Made by a program: the position numbers and the translations under genes
The notes under the pieces: model-generated
What the model was told of the DNA's origin: nothing
Database searches by the model: none
What the model saw: only the letters and a program-made list of their open reading frames with translations
Part shown: positions 27,855 through 38,292 of the stretch, one piece after another
Position numbering within the stretch: the first letter of the stretch is position 1
How the letters are laid out: every line of letters starts with the position of its first letter
From: Bacteriovoracia bacterium
Lineage (GTDB): Bacteria; Bdellovibrionota; Bacteriovoracia; Bacteriovoracales; Bacteriovoracaceae
NCBI GenBank assembly: GCA_046570105.1
Contig: JBKHVI010000011.1
Span: 1 to 60,449, forward strand
Reading direction: 5' to 3'
Length of the DNA stretch: 60,449 nt

Positions 27855-28733
27855 ATGTTTTTCATCCTTCTGGCACTCTTAAACTTGTCCCAGGCCTCTG
27901 ACAAAGTCATCGTACCCTCACGACTTGAGGTGCCGTTTATTGCTGTCTTTTCAGGTGTGAAAATCAAAAATGACCAGGCCCACTTTCAATCGGCAACGCT
28001 GGTGCGCGAAGGAAATAGTCGTGACGAAAGTGAGAACTGGAGCTTAAGCTCAAATCATAAAACCGTAAGCTACTCCTTAGACTTCTATGAAAAAGTAAAA
28101 ACTCTCACCTCGGCAGTCGTTGAAACGCAGATGGGCTCAAGCTATGGCACTGCTTTTCATATTGGGGATGGTTTATTTCTCACCAATCATCACGTACTTT
28201 CTAGCTCCCGTGCCAACCTGACTAAGTGTGATGGGCTGACTGTTTACTCACCGCTGACCAAGGCGCGATACGCATGTGAGTCAGTCAAATTCTGTAACAA
28301 AGAAGCTGATTATTGCTTGATTCAAATGACTCATCACAAGAGCTGGTTCAAAGAAGGCCCCTCTCCTCGTGAACTTCCCTCTTTGAGTCTGCGCTCGATC
28401 AAGCGGCCAGAGTTAGAAGGATCTTACGCTGCCATCGGTAATCCTGCCGGTGAGGGACTTAAGTATTCTCAAGGCCGCGGTATTAGGCCTTATAAAAAAA
28501 TGAATTTCTTGTTTTTTGCTCCCGTCCATAGTGGCAACTCCGGTGGCCCACTCTTAAATTTGGAAGGTGAAGTGATTGGTGTGGTCTACGCGCAAGGACA
28601 CTACGGCATCAAAGAAGATAGCCAGAATTTTGCGGTTTCGATTGATTTTATTTTTTCAGATCTTAAAGAGAAACTTGGCCCCGATCATGAGGCCTATATT
28701 CGTTTTCAACAGGCCATCATCGCCGTTGAGTGA
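27855..28733 (+). CDS. Secreted trypsin-like serine protease
   Basis: LTNHHV, DYCLI and GNSGGP catalytic triad motifs. Confidence 0.9.
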   Translation: MFFILLALLNLSQASDKVIVPSRLEVPFIAVFSGVKIKNDQAHFQSATLVREGNSRDESENWSLSSNHKTVSYSLDFYEKVKTLTSAVVETQMGSSYGTAFHIGDGLFLTNHHVLSSSRANLTKCDGLTVYSPLTKARYACESVKFCNKEADYCLIQMTHHKSWFKEGPSPRELPSLSLRSIKRPELEGSYAAIGNPAGEGLKYSQGRGIRPYKKMNFLFFAPVHSGNSGGPLLNLEGEVIGVVYAQGHYGIKEDSQNFAVSIDFIFSDLKEKLGPDHEAYIRFQQAIIAVE

Positions 28734-28734
28734 A

Positions 28735-29157
28735 TTATTCGCCTTCTAGACCTAATCGCGCCAACTCCATTTCAACATCCAAAACATCGATCTGCTCGGA
28801 AATACCGGCCATCACAGCTTCTTCAATTCCGTCCATCTGAGTCTTTTCGAAAAATCCACAAACTCCCAATTGACTAACCTCGTTGATGATTTGTCGACTA
28901 GCAAAAGCAGTAAAAAAAATGAAAGGCTGCTGATGACCCCGCTTACGAACTTCTTTGATAAATTCAATACCTGTCATGCGCGGCATTTTGATATCACATA
29001 CGACTAACTGAATCTCGTCGTGATGCAAGGCCATCATTTCTAGTGCCTGTAGACCATCGACGGCGCGATAGGAAACATCAAAAAACTTTTCCAAACGATG
29101 AGAAACGATGTCATGAATCATCGGTTCGTCATCGACAATTAAGAGTGCTTTAGCCAT
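28735..29157 (-). CDS. Single-domain response regulator
   Basis: IVDDE, CDIKMP, FTA, K. Confidence 0.9.
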   Translation of the reverse strand: MAKALLIVDDEPMIHDIVSHRLEKFFDVSYRAVDGLQALEMMALHHDEIQLVVCDIKMPRMTGIEFIKEVRKRGHQQPFIFFTAFASRQIINEVSQLGVCGFFEKTQMDGIEEAVMAGISEQIDVLDVEMELARLGLEGE

Positions 29158-29164
29158 GTTGTCC

Positions 29165-30751
29165 TCACAATTTACTCTTACCTTTCTTCACTCGGCAGCG
29201 AATAGCTGGTAAGATGGCCACCTCTGACTCAACAATAGGGCCCACTACTCTATTATCCTGTGTTGTCATTTCAGATTCCACAGGATTTTCTTCAACAACT
29301 ACCACTTCCTCAATGATTCCAAATTGTTTCGGTGTTGAGAAAATACTCGCATTAACATAACTTCTTAAAATCTCTTCACCATCATGATCCAGTCCATGAA
29401 TGATGCCACGATAAAGTGTCCCTAGTCCCTCTTTGACCAAAACTTTGTGCGCAGGAATAATCATCACATACATCAAGACAGGCCGCTGCAATCTGAGAAC
29501 AGTAAACATCGGGATTTCACTTGGGCAGAAGAAACTTATCTCGTGTTCCGAAATATTTTGAACCGTTATCGGCAGATCAAAACTCACCACTCGATCAGGG
29601 CTATTCCAAGGCATACAAACTTCGGGAATCACGCTCGAGAGTTGTAGTTTTCGACTTGAGACGAGGAGTAAATCCTTTAGTATATTAAATTCTAATTTTT
29701 TGTCATAGGTGATAAGTCGTTCAGACTGAATACTCAAACGCGCCATCTCCAAACTCAAAGCAGTATTATAGAGAATGATAAATGGCTTCCATTCCGGCAG
29801 AGTCGCCAGTGCTTGATTAACTGAATTGAGAAGCTCGGCAGAGTCGTCATCATTAGAAATTTCTAGGCACATTAATTGAGGCATTAAAGAAACGATTCGG
29901 GCGCTTAAACGCTCATCGTGATTAAAACAAAAGACGTTGTATTTATCCACAATCGGCTCACGAATAATTTCTCGAATAAGCTCAATGTTTTTGGTGTAGA
30001 TAAAAGCAGAGGCAATCGGTGGTGTTTGATTTTGTTCAACCCAGGTTTCGACTGTGTCTCTCATAAGCGTGGATTCTTTCACTTCATCCCATGGGCCGGG
30101 ATAAGTAATGGTATAATCCATTTTATAGAAGGTATCACTCCAACGTCCACATTCCGCAGAACTGACTAATTCAAGCCCGTGGGGAATCTGGTCTCCAAAA
30201 GCCAAACAATTTATGTTGCTTGGATTCTCGGAAAAAACATCTGTATCAATAACAAGTTTTTCTGCACTCAGTTCAACGAGGGCCGACAGCACTTCAATAT
30301 GATAGGGAAGAAGCAGATCCTTACAAGTGGCAAAATCACCTAAGTAGGCCTCATTGCCGGTAATAAGCCAGGCACAATCAGAGCTTAGAATACTCGCATC
30401 GGCGCCTTTGATATGTGAGTAACTTAATCCGAGAGTAAATACAAAACGATGGCTTTCTAAATGTTCTAGCGAAGAAAAAACTCCCACTAATGGCACATAT
30501 CTCCAAGGCACCTGAGAGCGAAAGAGTTGCATTTGTAAGCAGAATTTCTCACTTAAGACAACGTCTTGAGTGAAGTCATATACCACTAAGCGCAAATCTG
30601 GAACAGTCGTGAGAAGATGAAAGCTAAATTCTGACGGATTAAAAATGCTTAGCTTCCAGCTGTTCGCTCCACGGGTTTGTGATTCAACCAGCAGTTGCAG
30701 CCCTTTAATCATGTCAGGATCATCTCCCACATAGGCCATCACGACATTCAT
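29165..30751 (-). CDS. Hypothetical protein, possibly with degenerate receiver/PilZ-like domains
   Basis: 528-aa ORF coupled to the HD-GYP gene (4-nt overlap); YVGDD...VVYDF; NISEHEISF. Confidence 0.65.
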   Translation of the reverse strand: MNVVMAYVGDDPDMIKGLQLLVESQTRGANSWKLSIFNPSEFSFHLLTTVPDLRLVVYDFTQDVVLSEKFCLQMQLFRSQVPWRYVPLVGVFSSLEHLESHRFVFTLGLSYSHIKGADASILSSDCAWLITGNEAYLGDFATCKDLLLPYHIEVLSALVELSAEKLVIDTDVFSENPSNINCLAFGDQIPHGLELVSSAECGRWSDTFYKMDYTITYPGPWDEVKESTLMRDTVETWVEQNQTPPIASAFIYTKNIELIREIIREPIVDKYNVFCFNHDERLSARIVSLMPQLMCLEISNDDDSAELLNSVNQALATLPEWKPFIILYNTALSLEMARLSIQSERLITYDKKLEFNILKDLLLVSSRKLQLSSVIPEVCMPWNSPDRVVSFDLPITVQNISEHEISFFCPSEIPMFTVLRLQRPVLMYVMIIPAHKVLVKEGLGTLYRGIIHGLDHDGEEILRSYVNASIFSTPKQFGIIEEVVVVEENPVESEMTTQDNRVVGPIVESEVAILPAIRCRVKKGKSKL

Positions 30752-32157
30752 TTATTTTTTTCCTTTTTCAACTTCTCAGGAGAAATGAAACAACTAAGGA
30801 AGGCTTTGATAATTGTTGGATCGTATTTTTCTAATACACCTGGTACACGCAAAAATTGCTTCACTCCGTCCAGGGGACCGATTCCTAGTGGCTTAAGAAA
30901 ATCTACAAAGTCATTTGCGAATGACACAATTTTAGCTGGAGGAAAAATCTTTAGGCCAGTGAGCCCATTCGGATAACCTGTTCCATTAACTAATTCGTGA
31001 TGGTGATAAACTATTTGTTTAATTGCTTCTGGCAACTGCGTTGAGCTATCAAGCATATCAACACCGATTTTTGGGTGTTGTTGGTATTGTGCTAATTCTG
31101 TCGCTGTCATTGTATCAACCGGCTTATCCCGCAGATGAGGAGGCAGCTTCAGTTTACCAATATCAATTAACAGGGCCCCTTGAACTACTTTCTCAATCGT
31201 TCCTTTAGTCCCCCAAGGAAGTTGAGCGGTAATCATCGAAGCGAAAAAAGCCGTTAAAAAAGAATCAGAGAAGGATTTCGAATCCATGCGTTCTAATTGA
31301 GCAAGGATGATATCAACTCCTTCCTTGCTTTTGATTAAAGTATGGACATTATCGCAAAGCTTTTTCCCTTCTTCAAAAATCTCTGTGCGAATTCCTTTCG
31401 TGAATACTTCTTGGACATATTGATCAGAAATGCTTTGAACCATCTCCACTTTTTTGTCCATGCTAAGATTTTGTGACTTCAAGGCATTCGTGGCAAATTC
31501 ATTGAGATAATTGAGAAAAGCTGCTCGCTCAGAGGTTAAAAAATATAAAAAGTCCGCCTGTCCTTTCTCCTGATATGTCTTTATCCGATTCATATCATAG
31601 AGTTCACCTCGACAAAATATTTTGAGGTATTTATTGGCGTTGATTCGTAGATAAATATCAAAGACTGATGTTTCACCATTAAGGAAATCAGTGATCTTAA
31701 TGCGGGTAAATTTATTATCCGCCATTTGCATCTCTATCACTTCGTTCGTTGCCGAGATTTCACTGACATTGCGCCAGGAAGACTGCTGCTGCAACTCTTC
31801 CACTAAAGCACTCACCTGCTTGGTTGCAAATGGCTTAAGCATGGTCTTGATTACTCCAAGCTTTTGCATTTCTTTTTTTGTGAAACCGAACTCATCAAGT
31901 TGCTCATGAGAGCGACCAATTAAGACGACTCGCAAACCCGGATGTGTTGTTTTGATGTAGCGAAAAACTTCAACGGCACTGTGATTTTGTAAGTCGAGGT
32001 CTAGAAATATTAATGAATATTTCTGACGGTATATTTTTACTTGTGCTTCTTTGCCGGTATTAGCAAAGTCCCATTTAACTTTATCCCCTAGACTGGTCTG
32101 CAGTCTCTGGATCGTCAGGGAGTCCGATTCACAGATAAGTACGGGAGCGTCCATCAA
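30748..32157 (-). CDS. Receiver plus degenerate HD-GYP domain protein
   Basis: IFLDLDL and KPF receiver; LLIDIGK (HD changed to ID); HHELVNGTGYP. Confidence 0.85.
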   Translation of the reverse strand: MMDAPVLICESDSLTIQRLQTSLGDKVKWDFANTGKEAQVKIYRQKYSLIFLDLDLQNHSAVEVFRYIKTTHPGLRVVLIGRSHEQLDEFGFTKKEMQKLGVIKTMLKPFATKQVSALVEELQQQSSWRNVSEISATNEVIEMQMADNKFTRIKITDFLNGETSVFDIYLRINANKYLKIFCRGELYDMNRIKTYQEKGQADFLYFLTSERAAFLNYLNEFATNALKSQNLSMDKKVEMVQSISDQYVQEVFTKGIRTEIFEEGKKLCDNVHTLIKSKEGVDIILAQLERMDSKSFSDSFLTAFFASMITAQLPWGTKGTIEKVVQGALLIDIGKLKLPPHLRDKPVDTMTATELAQYQQHPKIGVDMLDSSTQLPEAIKQIVYHHHELVNGTGYPNGLTGLKIFPPAKIVSFANDFVDFLKPLGIGPLDGVKQFLRVPGVLEKYDPTIIKAFLSCFISPEKLKKEKNK

Positions 32158-32162
32158 TTGAT

Positions 32163-32187
32163 GATCGGTCTTTTCTTGCTTTCTTCA
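32163..32187 (-). promoter_or_regulatory. Possible sigma28-like promoter of the HD-GYP operon
   Basis: Minus strand TGAAG-N14-CCGATC. Confidence 0.3.
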
Positions 32188-32331
32188 AACTAAAAGATTT
32201 GGCCCCGTAGCCTTAAGATGGCCTATTGTGGAGTTCAGGCGCTTGCGAGTTTGACCTTTAGCTTAAAGTAACCTTCAGTGACCGAGACACGCCAAGAAAA
32301 AGTGGAGACGTTAAGAGATTCCTAATCTAAT

Positions 32332-32368
32332 AAAAAAGGGACAAAGGACTCACACATCCTTTGTCCCT
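32332..32368 (-). terminator. Intrinsic terminator of nrdBA
   Basis: AGGGACAAAGGA-loop-TCCTTTGTCCCT, 12-bp stem with T run; a second hairpin lies at 32377-32397. Confidence 0.8.
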
Positions 32369-32405
32369 GGAACCGCAGGCCCAAACACTATGGGCCTAGA
32401 GACTT

Positions 32406-34784
32406 CTAACTTCCGCAGCTGACACAGGCCTCTGGATTATCCAAAGAACACATCATCGCTGCTTCTTGTTCTGCTGCACTTACCGCTGGCATTGCCACTG
32501 GTTGTGGAGCTTGAACCGCTGGCTGCTTAATGGTGAACTTAATCGCATCCACTGCTGGGCGTGTACGAAGATAATACATTCCCGTCTTAAGGCCCAACTT
32601 CCACGCTGTGAAATGCAAGCTTGAGAGTTTACCAAAGTTGGTATCTTCCATATGGATATTAAGTGATTGAGATTGATCGATATAAGCACCGCGATCGGCC
32701 GCCATCTCGAGAATCGACTTCTGCTTAATTTCCCAAACAGTTTTATAAAGTTCTTTCACATCTTGCGGAATCTCTTCGATGTACTGAACAGAACCATTGT
32801 GAGCAATGATCTTGTCTTTCATCTGCTCATTCCACAGATTCAAACGAATCAAATCTTTCACCAAGAACTTATTCACAACGGCGAATTCTCCAGAGAGAAC
32901 ACGGCGAGTGTAAATATTCGAAGTGATCGGCTCGATACACTCGTTATTACCCAAGATCTGGGAAGTTGAAGCGGTTGGCATCGGCGCCAACAAGAGAGAG
33001 TTTCTCACGCCGTACTTCTTGATGTTGCTACGAAGAGTTTTCCAATCGTGCTTCTTAGTGTCCTCTACTCCCCACATATCATGCTGGAGTACACCTTTTG
33101 AGATCGGAGAGCCAGCGTATGAGTCATAAGCGCCGTGCTCTTTGGCGAGATCACATGAGGCACTCAATGAGGCAAAGTAAATCGTCTCAAAGATGTCTTT
33201 GTTCAATTGACGAGCTTCCGCTGATTCAAATGGAACACGCATTTTGAAGAAGGCATCGGCCAGGCCTTGAACACCAATACCGATCGGACGGTTTTTGTGG
33301 TTCGAATAACGGGCCTCTTCGACTGGGTAGTAGTTCAAGTCAATGATGCGATTCAAGTTACGCGTCACTTGGTAAGTCACATCGAACAATTTCTTGTGAT
33401 CGAATGTGCCGTCTTTACCGATGTACATCGGAAGAGCGATAGAGGCCAAGTTACAAACCGCGATCTCTTTATCAGAGGTGTACTGAATAATTTCAGTGCA
33501 CAGGTTTGAAGACTTAATAGTGCCCAAGTTCTGCTGATTCGACTTGCTGTTAGCATGGTCTTTAAACAACATGAACGGAGCGCCCGTCTCAATTTGTGAC
33601 TGGATAACTTTGAACCAAAGATCACGCGCCTTCATTGTGCGGTTAGCGCGGCCTTCTTTCTCATACAACTCATACTTCTCTTCGAACTCTTTGCCCCAGC
33701 ACTCTGAAAGACCCGGTGCCTTATTAGGACAGAAGAAGCTCCAGTTGCCATCAGTCTCAACACGCTTCATGAAAAGATCAGGCGTCCACATAGCATAGAA
33801 TAAATCGCGGGCGCGCATTTCTTCTTTACCGTGGTTTTTCTTAAGATCGAGGAAATCTTCGAAATCTGGGTGCCATGGCTCAAGATAAATAGCAAACGCT
33901 CCTTTGCGCTTACCACCGCCTTGATCTACATAGCGTGCGGTATCATTAAATACGCGAAGCATCGGCACGATTCCGTTCGAAGTTCCGTTAGTACCCTTAA
34001 TGAATGAACCCTTGCCGCGAATATTATGAACCGCAAGACCGATACCGCCAGCACTTTGAGAAATCAAAGCACATTGCTTAACCGTCTCGTAAATCCCTTC
34101 GATCGAATCATCTTTCATAGTGAGAAGAAAGCATGACGACATCTGTGGCTTGTTCGTTCCGGCATTGAAAAGTGTCGGTGAGGCGTGCGTGAACCAGCCC
34201 TCAGAGATGAGGTGATAAGTTTTCATCGCTTCTTCGATATTGCCCAGCTGAACACCCAAAGCAACACGCATAAACATGTGCTGAGGACGCTCAACGATTT
34301 TGCCGTGAACTTTTAGCAAATAAGAGCGCTCAAGGGTTTTGAATCCGAAATAATCGAATTCATAATCACGAGAGTAAGCAATTTCTGCTTCGATGCGATT
34401 TTTATGCTCATTCGCAAACGCGTAGAGTTCTTCTGAAATCAAAGGTGACTTCTCTTTCGTGAAAGCATTCTCGAAATTATAAAGCACACCCAAAGTTTCA
34501 GTGAAACTATCGCGGGTTGAACGATGAAGGTTCGCTACCGCAATACGTCCCGCTAAGCGAGCGTAGTCTGGGTGAGCAGAAGTCATATAAGCAGAAACTT
34601 CCGCTGACAAATTATCGAGTTCTTCCGTTGTGATGCCATCGAAGAGACCTTGAATGGTACGTTTAGCGATTTGAGTCGCATCCACGTGGTCTTGGTCGAG
34701 GCCATACACTAACTGCGAAATGCGGTGAGTGATTTTATCAAATTGAACAGGTTCGCGTTTTCCAGATCGTGTCGCTACAAACAT
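32406..34784 (-). CDS. nrdA: Ribonucleoside-diphosphate reductase class Ia alpha subunit with ATP cone
   Basis: ATP cone; [32 protein letters not shown]-terminal CVSC. Confidence 0.97.
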   Translation of the reverse strand: MFVATRSGKREPVQFDKITHRISQLVYGLDQDHVDATQIAKRTIQGLFDGITTEELDNLSAEVSAYMTSAHPDYARLAGRIAVANLHRSTRDSFTETLGVLYNFENAFTKEKSPLISEELYAFANEHKNRIEAEIAYSRDYEFDYFGFKTLERSYLLKVHGKIVERPQHMFMRVALGVQLGNIEEAMKTYHLISEGWFTHASPTLFNAGTNKPQMSSCFLLTMKDDSIEGIYETVKQCALISQSAGGIGLAVHNIRGKGSFIKGTNGTSNGIVPMLRVFNDTARYVDQGGGKRKGAFAIYLEPWHPDFEDFLDLKKNHGKEEMRARDLFYAMWTPDLFMKRVETDGNWSFFCPNKAPGLSECWGKEFEEKYELYEKEGRANRTMKARDLWFKVIQSQIETGAPFMLFKDHANSKSNQQNLGTIKSSNLCTEIIQYTSDKEIAVCNLASIALPMYIGKDGTFDHKKLFDVTYQVTRNLNRIIDLNYYPVEEARYSNHKNRPIGIGVQGLADAFFKMRVPFESAEARQLNKDIFETIYFASLSASCDLAKEHGAYDSYAGSPISKGVLQHDMWGVEDTKKHDWKTLRSNIKKYGVRNSLLLAPMPTASTSQILGNNECIEPITSNIYTRRVLSGEFAVVNKFLVKDLIRLNLWNEQMKDKIIAHNGSVQYIEEIPQDVKELYKTVWEIKQKSILEMAADRGAYIDQSQSLNIHMEDTNFGKLSSLHFTAWKLGLKTGMYYLRTRPAVDAIKFTIKQPAVQAPQPVAMPAVSAAEQEAAMMCSLDNPEACVSCGS

Positions 34785-34793
34785 GGCAGTCTC

Positions 34794-35780
34794 CTAAAAA
34801 TCCATTGAAGTTGAGAATTCGAAAGCATTTCCGCCATCGGCCTTAGTCGAGTTCATCACTCCGGCCTTTTGGTATTCAGCGACACGCTTCTCGAAGAAAT
34901 TAGTTTTACCTTGCATACTGATGAGCTCCATCCAGTCGAATGGGTTCTTGGCGCCATACATTTCGGCATAACCCAAAGTGCGCATCAAACGGTCGGCAAC
35001 AAAACGAATGTACTCTTTCATCATGTCGGCATTCATACCAATCAAAGAGACTGGCAAAGCTTCCGTGATAAATTCCTGCTCGAGTTCCACTGCTTCTTTA
35101 ATCAAGGCTTGAATGCGCGCCTCAGACGGCTTGTTTGTGATGTAATTCCGATACAACAAACAGGCGAAATCTGTGTGCAGTCCCTCGTCGCGACTGATCA
35201 ACTCATTCGAGAAGGTCAGGCCCGGCATGAGGCCACGCTTTTTAAGCCAGAAAATAGAACAGAAAGAACCCGAGAAGAAAATCCCCTCGATGGCCGCAAA
35301 GGCCACCAAGCGTTCAGCAAAATTATCGTTTGAGTAGATCCAGCGAAGTGCCCAGTCGGCTTTCTTCTTAATGCACGGGATATTATCAATCGCGTGGAAG
35401 AGATACTGCTTCTGCTTTTCATCTTTAATATAAGTGTCGATCAACAAACCGTAAGTTTCCGCGTGGATGTTTTCCATGGCAATTTGAAAGCCATAAAAAG
35501 AGCGCGCTTCAGGTGACTGAACATCGTTATAAAAACGAAGCGCCAAATTCTCGTTAACGATACCGTCCGAGGCACTGAAGAAGGCCAAGATGTGCGAAAT
35601 ATAGTGACGCTCTTGGTCGTTGAGGTTTTCCCAATCTTTCAAATCAGCGTAGAGATCAATCTCTTCTGCTGTCCAAAAACTGGCCATCGCCTTTTTGTAC
35701 ATATCCCAGATGTCGTGGTCCTTAATCGGGAATAAAACAAAACGATCATTGGTTGGTGTGAGTAGCGGTTCCATGCTCAT
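34794..35780 (-). CDS. nrdB: Ribonucleoside-diphosphate reductase class Ia beta subunit
   Basis: [25 protein letters not shown] and TNFFEKRV motifs. Confidence 0.97.
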   Translation of the reverse strand: MSMEPLLTPTNDRFVLFPIKDHDIWDMYKKAMASFWTAEEIDLYADLKDWENLNDQERHYISHILAFFSASDGIVNENLALRFYNDVQSPEARSFYGFQIAMENIHAETYGLLIDTYIKDEKQKQYLFHAIDNIPCIKKKADWALRWIYSNDNFAERLVAFAAIEGIFFSGSFCSIFWLKKRGLMPGLTFSNELISRDEGLHTDFACLLYRNYITNKPSEARIQALIKEAVELEQEFITEALPVSLIGMNADMMKEYIRFVADRLMRTLGYAEMYGAKNPFDWMELISMQGKTNFFEKRVAEYQKAGVMNSTKADGGNAFEFSTSMDF

Positions 35781-35874
35781 AACTTCTCCTCTTGAAAAGT
35801 TGGTTTAAGTTTCTCGCGTTGTGTGTGCGCTTACATTAAGGCTAGTGACGTTTTTGACATTTGCCAAGCGGAAA

Positions 35875-35932
35875 CCACTACATATTGTGGTGGTGGCATT
35901 TTCCTGACGCAGTTTCTTACAACATCTAGCGG
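35875..35932. promoter_or_regulatory. Tandem NrdR boxes
   Basis: CCACTACATATTGTGG (35875-35890) and TTACAACATCTAGCGG (35917-35932), 42 bp apart, matching acaCwAtATaTwGtg. Confidence 0.85.
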
Positions 35933-36234
35933 GCCCAGCCCCTCATTCTGCCACTTATTTAGTCAATTAAATCACTCATAACGCACTTGAACGAACGGGT
36001 ATTCAACACTTAATTATGTGCGCCAACAAAACTAACAAATGATGACGGCCACCACTTCGAAAGAAACTTCGTCGTGTAATCGAAAAAATTTATTTTCAAA
36101 AAAACATTCAAATCACTCACCGTGATTCATACGTGAAGCAAATTTATTGCCGAATTATCTTAAGGTAAAAACAAGAAAAACTCGCTCAGCTCTAGGAGAA
36201 AATCACCGAAACGCCACTACCAAACGGAGGCCTC

Positions 36235-36621
36235 ATGATTCTCTACTCTCTCAAAAATGCCAGTTTCACTATGGATGTTTATGAGGACAAAGTAGTGTTT
36301 CACCCACGCCTCTGGAAAAGCCTCACGGGAAAGCGCTGGGAGAACGCTCGTATTCTCAGCTATTCACAAATTCAAAGTGTCGAACTGAATAAAAAACTCT
36401 GGCCCATGAATCATCAACTGATTTTGCATGCTGCTGAAGGCACCATGGTTTTCCAATTCCGTAATCTCTACCCTTTCTTTGAGCGCTTGAAGCTCTATAT
36501 GGAGAGACAGATCATCCGTTACTACAACCAACCTGAAGGTCGTCCACGCCCAATGCAAACGGTGATTGATTTGGTGGAAGAGAAGAAAGCGCGTGGTAGG
36601 AAATCCGCCCACGCCGCCTGA
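36235..36621 (+). CDS. Hypothetical protein (possible bacterial PH-like fold)
   Basis: GGAGG RBS; MDVYEDKVVF...ILSYSQIQSVEL pattern. Confidence 0.65.
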   Translation: MILYSLKNASFTMDVYEDKVVFHPRLWKSLTGKRWENARILSYSQIQSVELNKKLWPMNHQLILHAAEGTMVFQFRNLYPFFERLKLYMERQIIRYYNQPEGRPRPMQTVIDLVEEKKARGRKSAHAA

Positions 36622-36703
36622 AAGGCCTTAAAATGAAGCAAAAACTGTAAGCTTTACTCAGGGCCCTGGGTTTTAATCCCGATTCATGGGATATGCCTCC
36701 CCT

Positions 36704-37126
36704 ATGAAAACACTATTTATCGCCTTTGTGGCCCTCTTGGGCTTCTTACCTACTTCTCATGCCCAGTTGGGGATTCCCATGGACCGCGCAGTCATTACGA
36801 CTGACCAGCCCGGCTTCATTCTTATCACCACACCTCAAACAGGCATGGAAACAGAGCTCAATCTCACCCGCGTATTTTCTTGTCGCCAGTACGATGAAGT
36901 TCGCTGTGTTGATTACTCTGATAAAACCATGGCGCACACTGTGATCGTGCGTTTTGCTTCGGATTTTTGGATGCCGGGAGATATGTTTCGCTTCCATGTT
37001 GAGCATGACGAAAAAAATGGTGGCTTCAAGATCCAATTTAATGATTTTCCTAACGCAGACAGAATCGAAGTTTCACGAATCGATCAAGAATTTGTGAGTA
37101 TTTTAATAATCTCTGCCCTTCCTTAG
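36704..37126 (+). CDS. Secreted hypothetical protein
   Basis: Signal peptide MKTLFIAFVALLGFLPTSHA. Confidence 0.65.
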   Translation: MKTLFIAFVALLGFLPTSHAQLGIPMDRAVITTDQPGFILITTPQTGMETELNLTRVFSCRQYDEVRCVDYSDKTMAHTVIVRFASDFWMPGDMFRFHVEHDEKNGGFKIQFNDFPNADRIEVSRIDQEFVSILIISALP

Positions 37127-37197
37127 TCTATCTTGTTGAATTACTGAAAGCTGCCCGCTGGCCAAAGATTATTCTTCTGATCTAGCATTTTCACTAA

Positions 37198-38292
37198 GTG
37201 AAATTAATAGGTCTTATCGTTTTAATCTTAAGCGCGTCCGCTTGGGGACATGTCCCGCTCAAAACTTTTGAGCGCGTCGATCATTTTGCATTTGGATCTT
37301 GCAATCGCCACTACAACAAACAAAAGCTTTGGGGCGAAATTCTCTCGACCAAACCGCAGCTTTGGATTTGGGGTGGTGATAACGTTTATCCTCCCAATAG
37401 CGCCACTCCTTATGCACTTCGAGAGGCCTATGCCTACCAGGCCAGACATCCCGGCTATAACGAACTCGTTAAACGAATTCCTATGATGGGAACTTGGGAT
37501 GACCATGATTATGGAATTAATGATGGTGATGCCAACTACAAATATAAACGGGAATCACAGGACTATCTTCTCACCTTTTTAGGTGTTTCTGAAAATGATC
37601 CACGACGTTTACGCGAAGGGGTTTATCACTCAGAGATATTGGGGCCAAAAGATCAGCAAGTGAAATTCATTATGCTGGATAATCGCTACCATCGCCGCCA
37701 CGGTAATATGTTAGGAGAAGAACAGTGGCGCTGGCTGGATGATGAACTCGCCTTTTCGGATGCTAAAGTTCATTTCATCGTCTCAGGTCTCGCAGTGCTG
37801 GCCCCTAGGATTTATGTCTCGGAAGAATGGCGCGATGATATGGTGTCCTACAATCGTTTGATTGAGATTTTCAAAAAACATCAAGACAAAGGGATTGTGC
37901 TTTTGTCTGGCGATAAACATTTTGCTCACTTCTTTGAGCGAGATGGTTTTATCGAGTTTATGTCGTCAGGCCTGACTCACACGGTGCGAGTTCCGTTGCG
38001 TCCGATAGTTCGTCAGTACTATAAGAATCCTTTTATCGGCCTGCACTGGGGCGAGGTTCATTTGTACTGGAACGAAAAACCCATGCGGCTTAAAATGAGT
38101 TTACGCGCGCAAAATGGCCGCATCCCTCAGGTGCGCCATTATCATTTACTCAACGGCCAATGGTCGCTAGTAGATCAGTTTAATGAGGGTGTGATGCCTA
38201 TGCAGATACTTCCGCGCACTCCCGCGATCTCTCCCGTGGAAGAGATCGAGGAAGTTGAAGTTGAGCGCGAAAATTTTGATCCGACTTTCTAG
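37198..38292 (+). CDS. Alkaline phosphatase D family protein
   Basis: AFGSCN, GDNVY, WDDHDYG, LDNRY and SGDKH motifs. Confidence 0.9.
   Translation: MKLIGLIVLILSASAWGHVPLKTFERVDHFAFGSCNRHYNKQKLWGEILSTKPQLWIWGGDNVYPPNSATPYALREAYAYQARHPGYNELVKRIPMMGTWDDHDYGINDGDANYKYKRESQDYLLTFLGVSENDPRRLREGVYHSEILGPKDQQVKFIMLDNRYHRRHGNMLGEEQWRWLDDELAFSDAKVHFIVSGLAVLAPRIYVSEEWRDDMVSYNRLIEIFKKHQDKGIVLLSGDKHFAHFFERDGFIEFMSSGLTHTVRVPLRPIVRQYYKNPFIGLHWGEVHLYWNEKPMRLKMSLRAQNGRIPQVRHYHLLNGQWSLVDQFNEGVMPMQILPRTPAISPVEEIEEVEVERENFDPTF

Noticed and set aside
36001..36024. Resemblance to a chromosomal dif site (ATTCAACACTT..TTATGTGCGCC)
   Set aside because: Only 2 nt between the arms instead of 6, and a poor XerD arm
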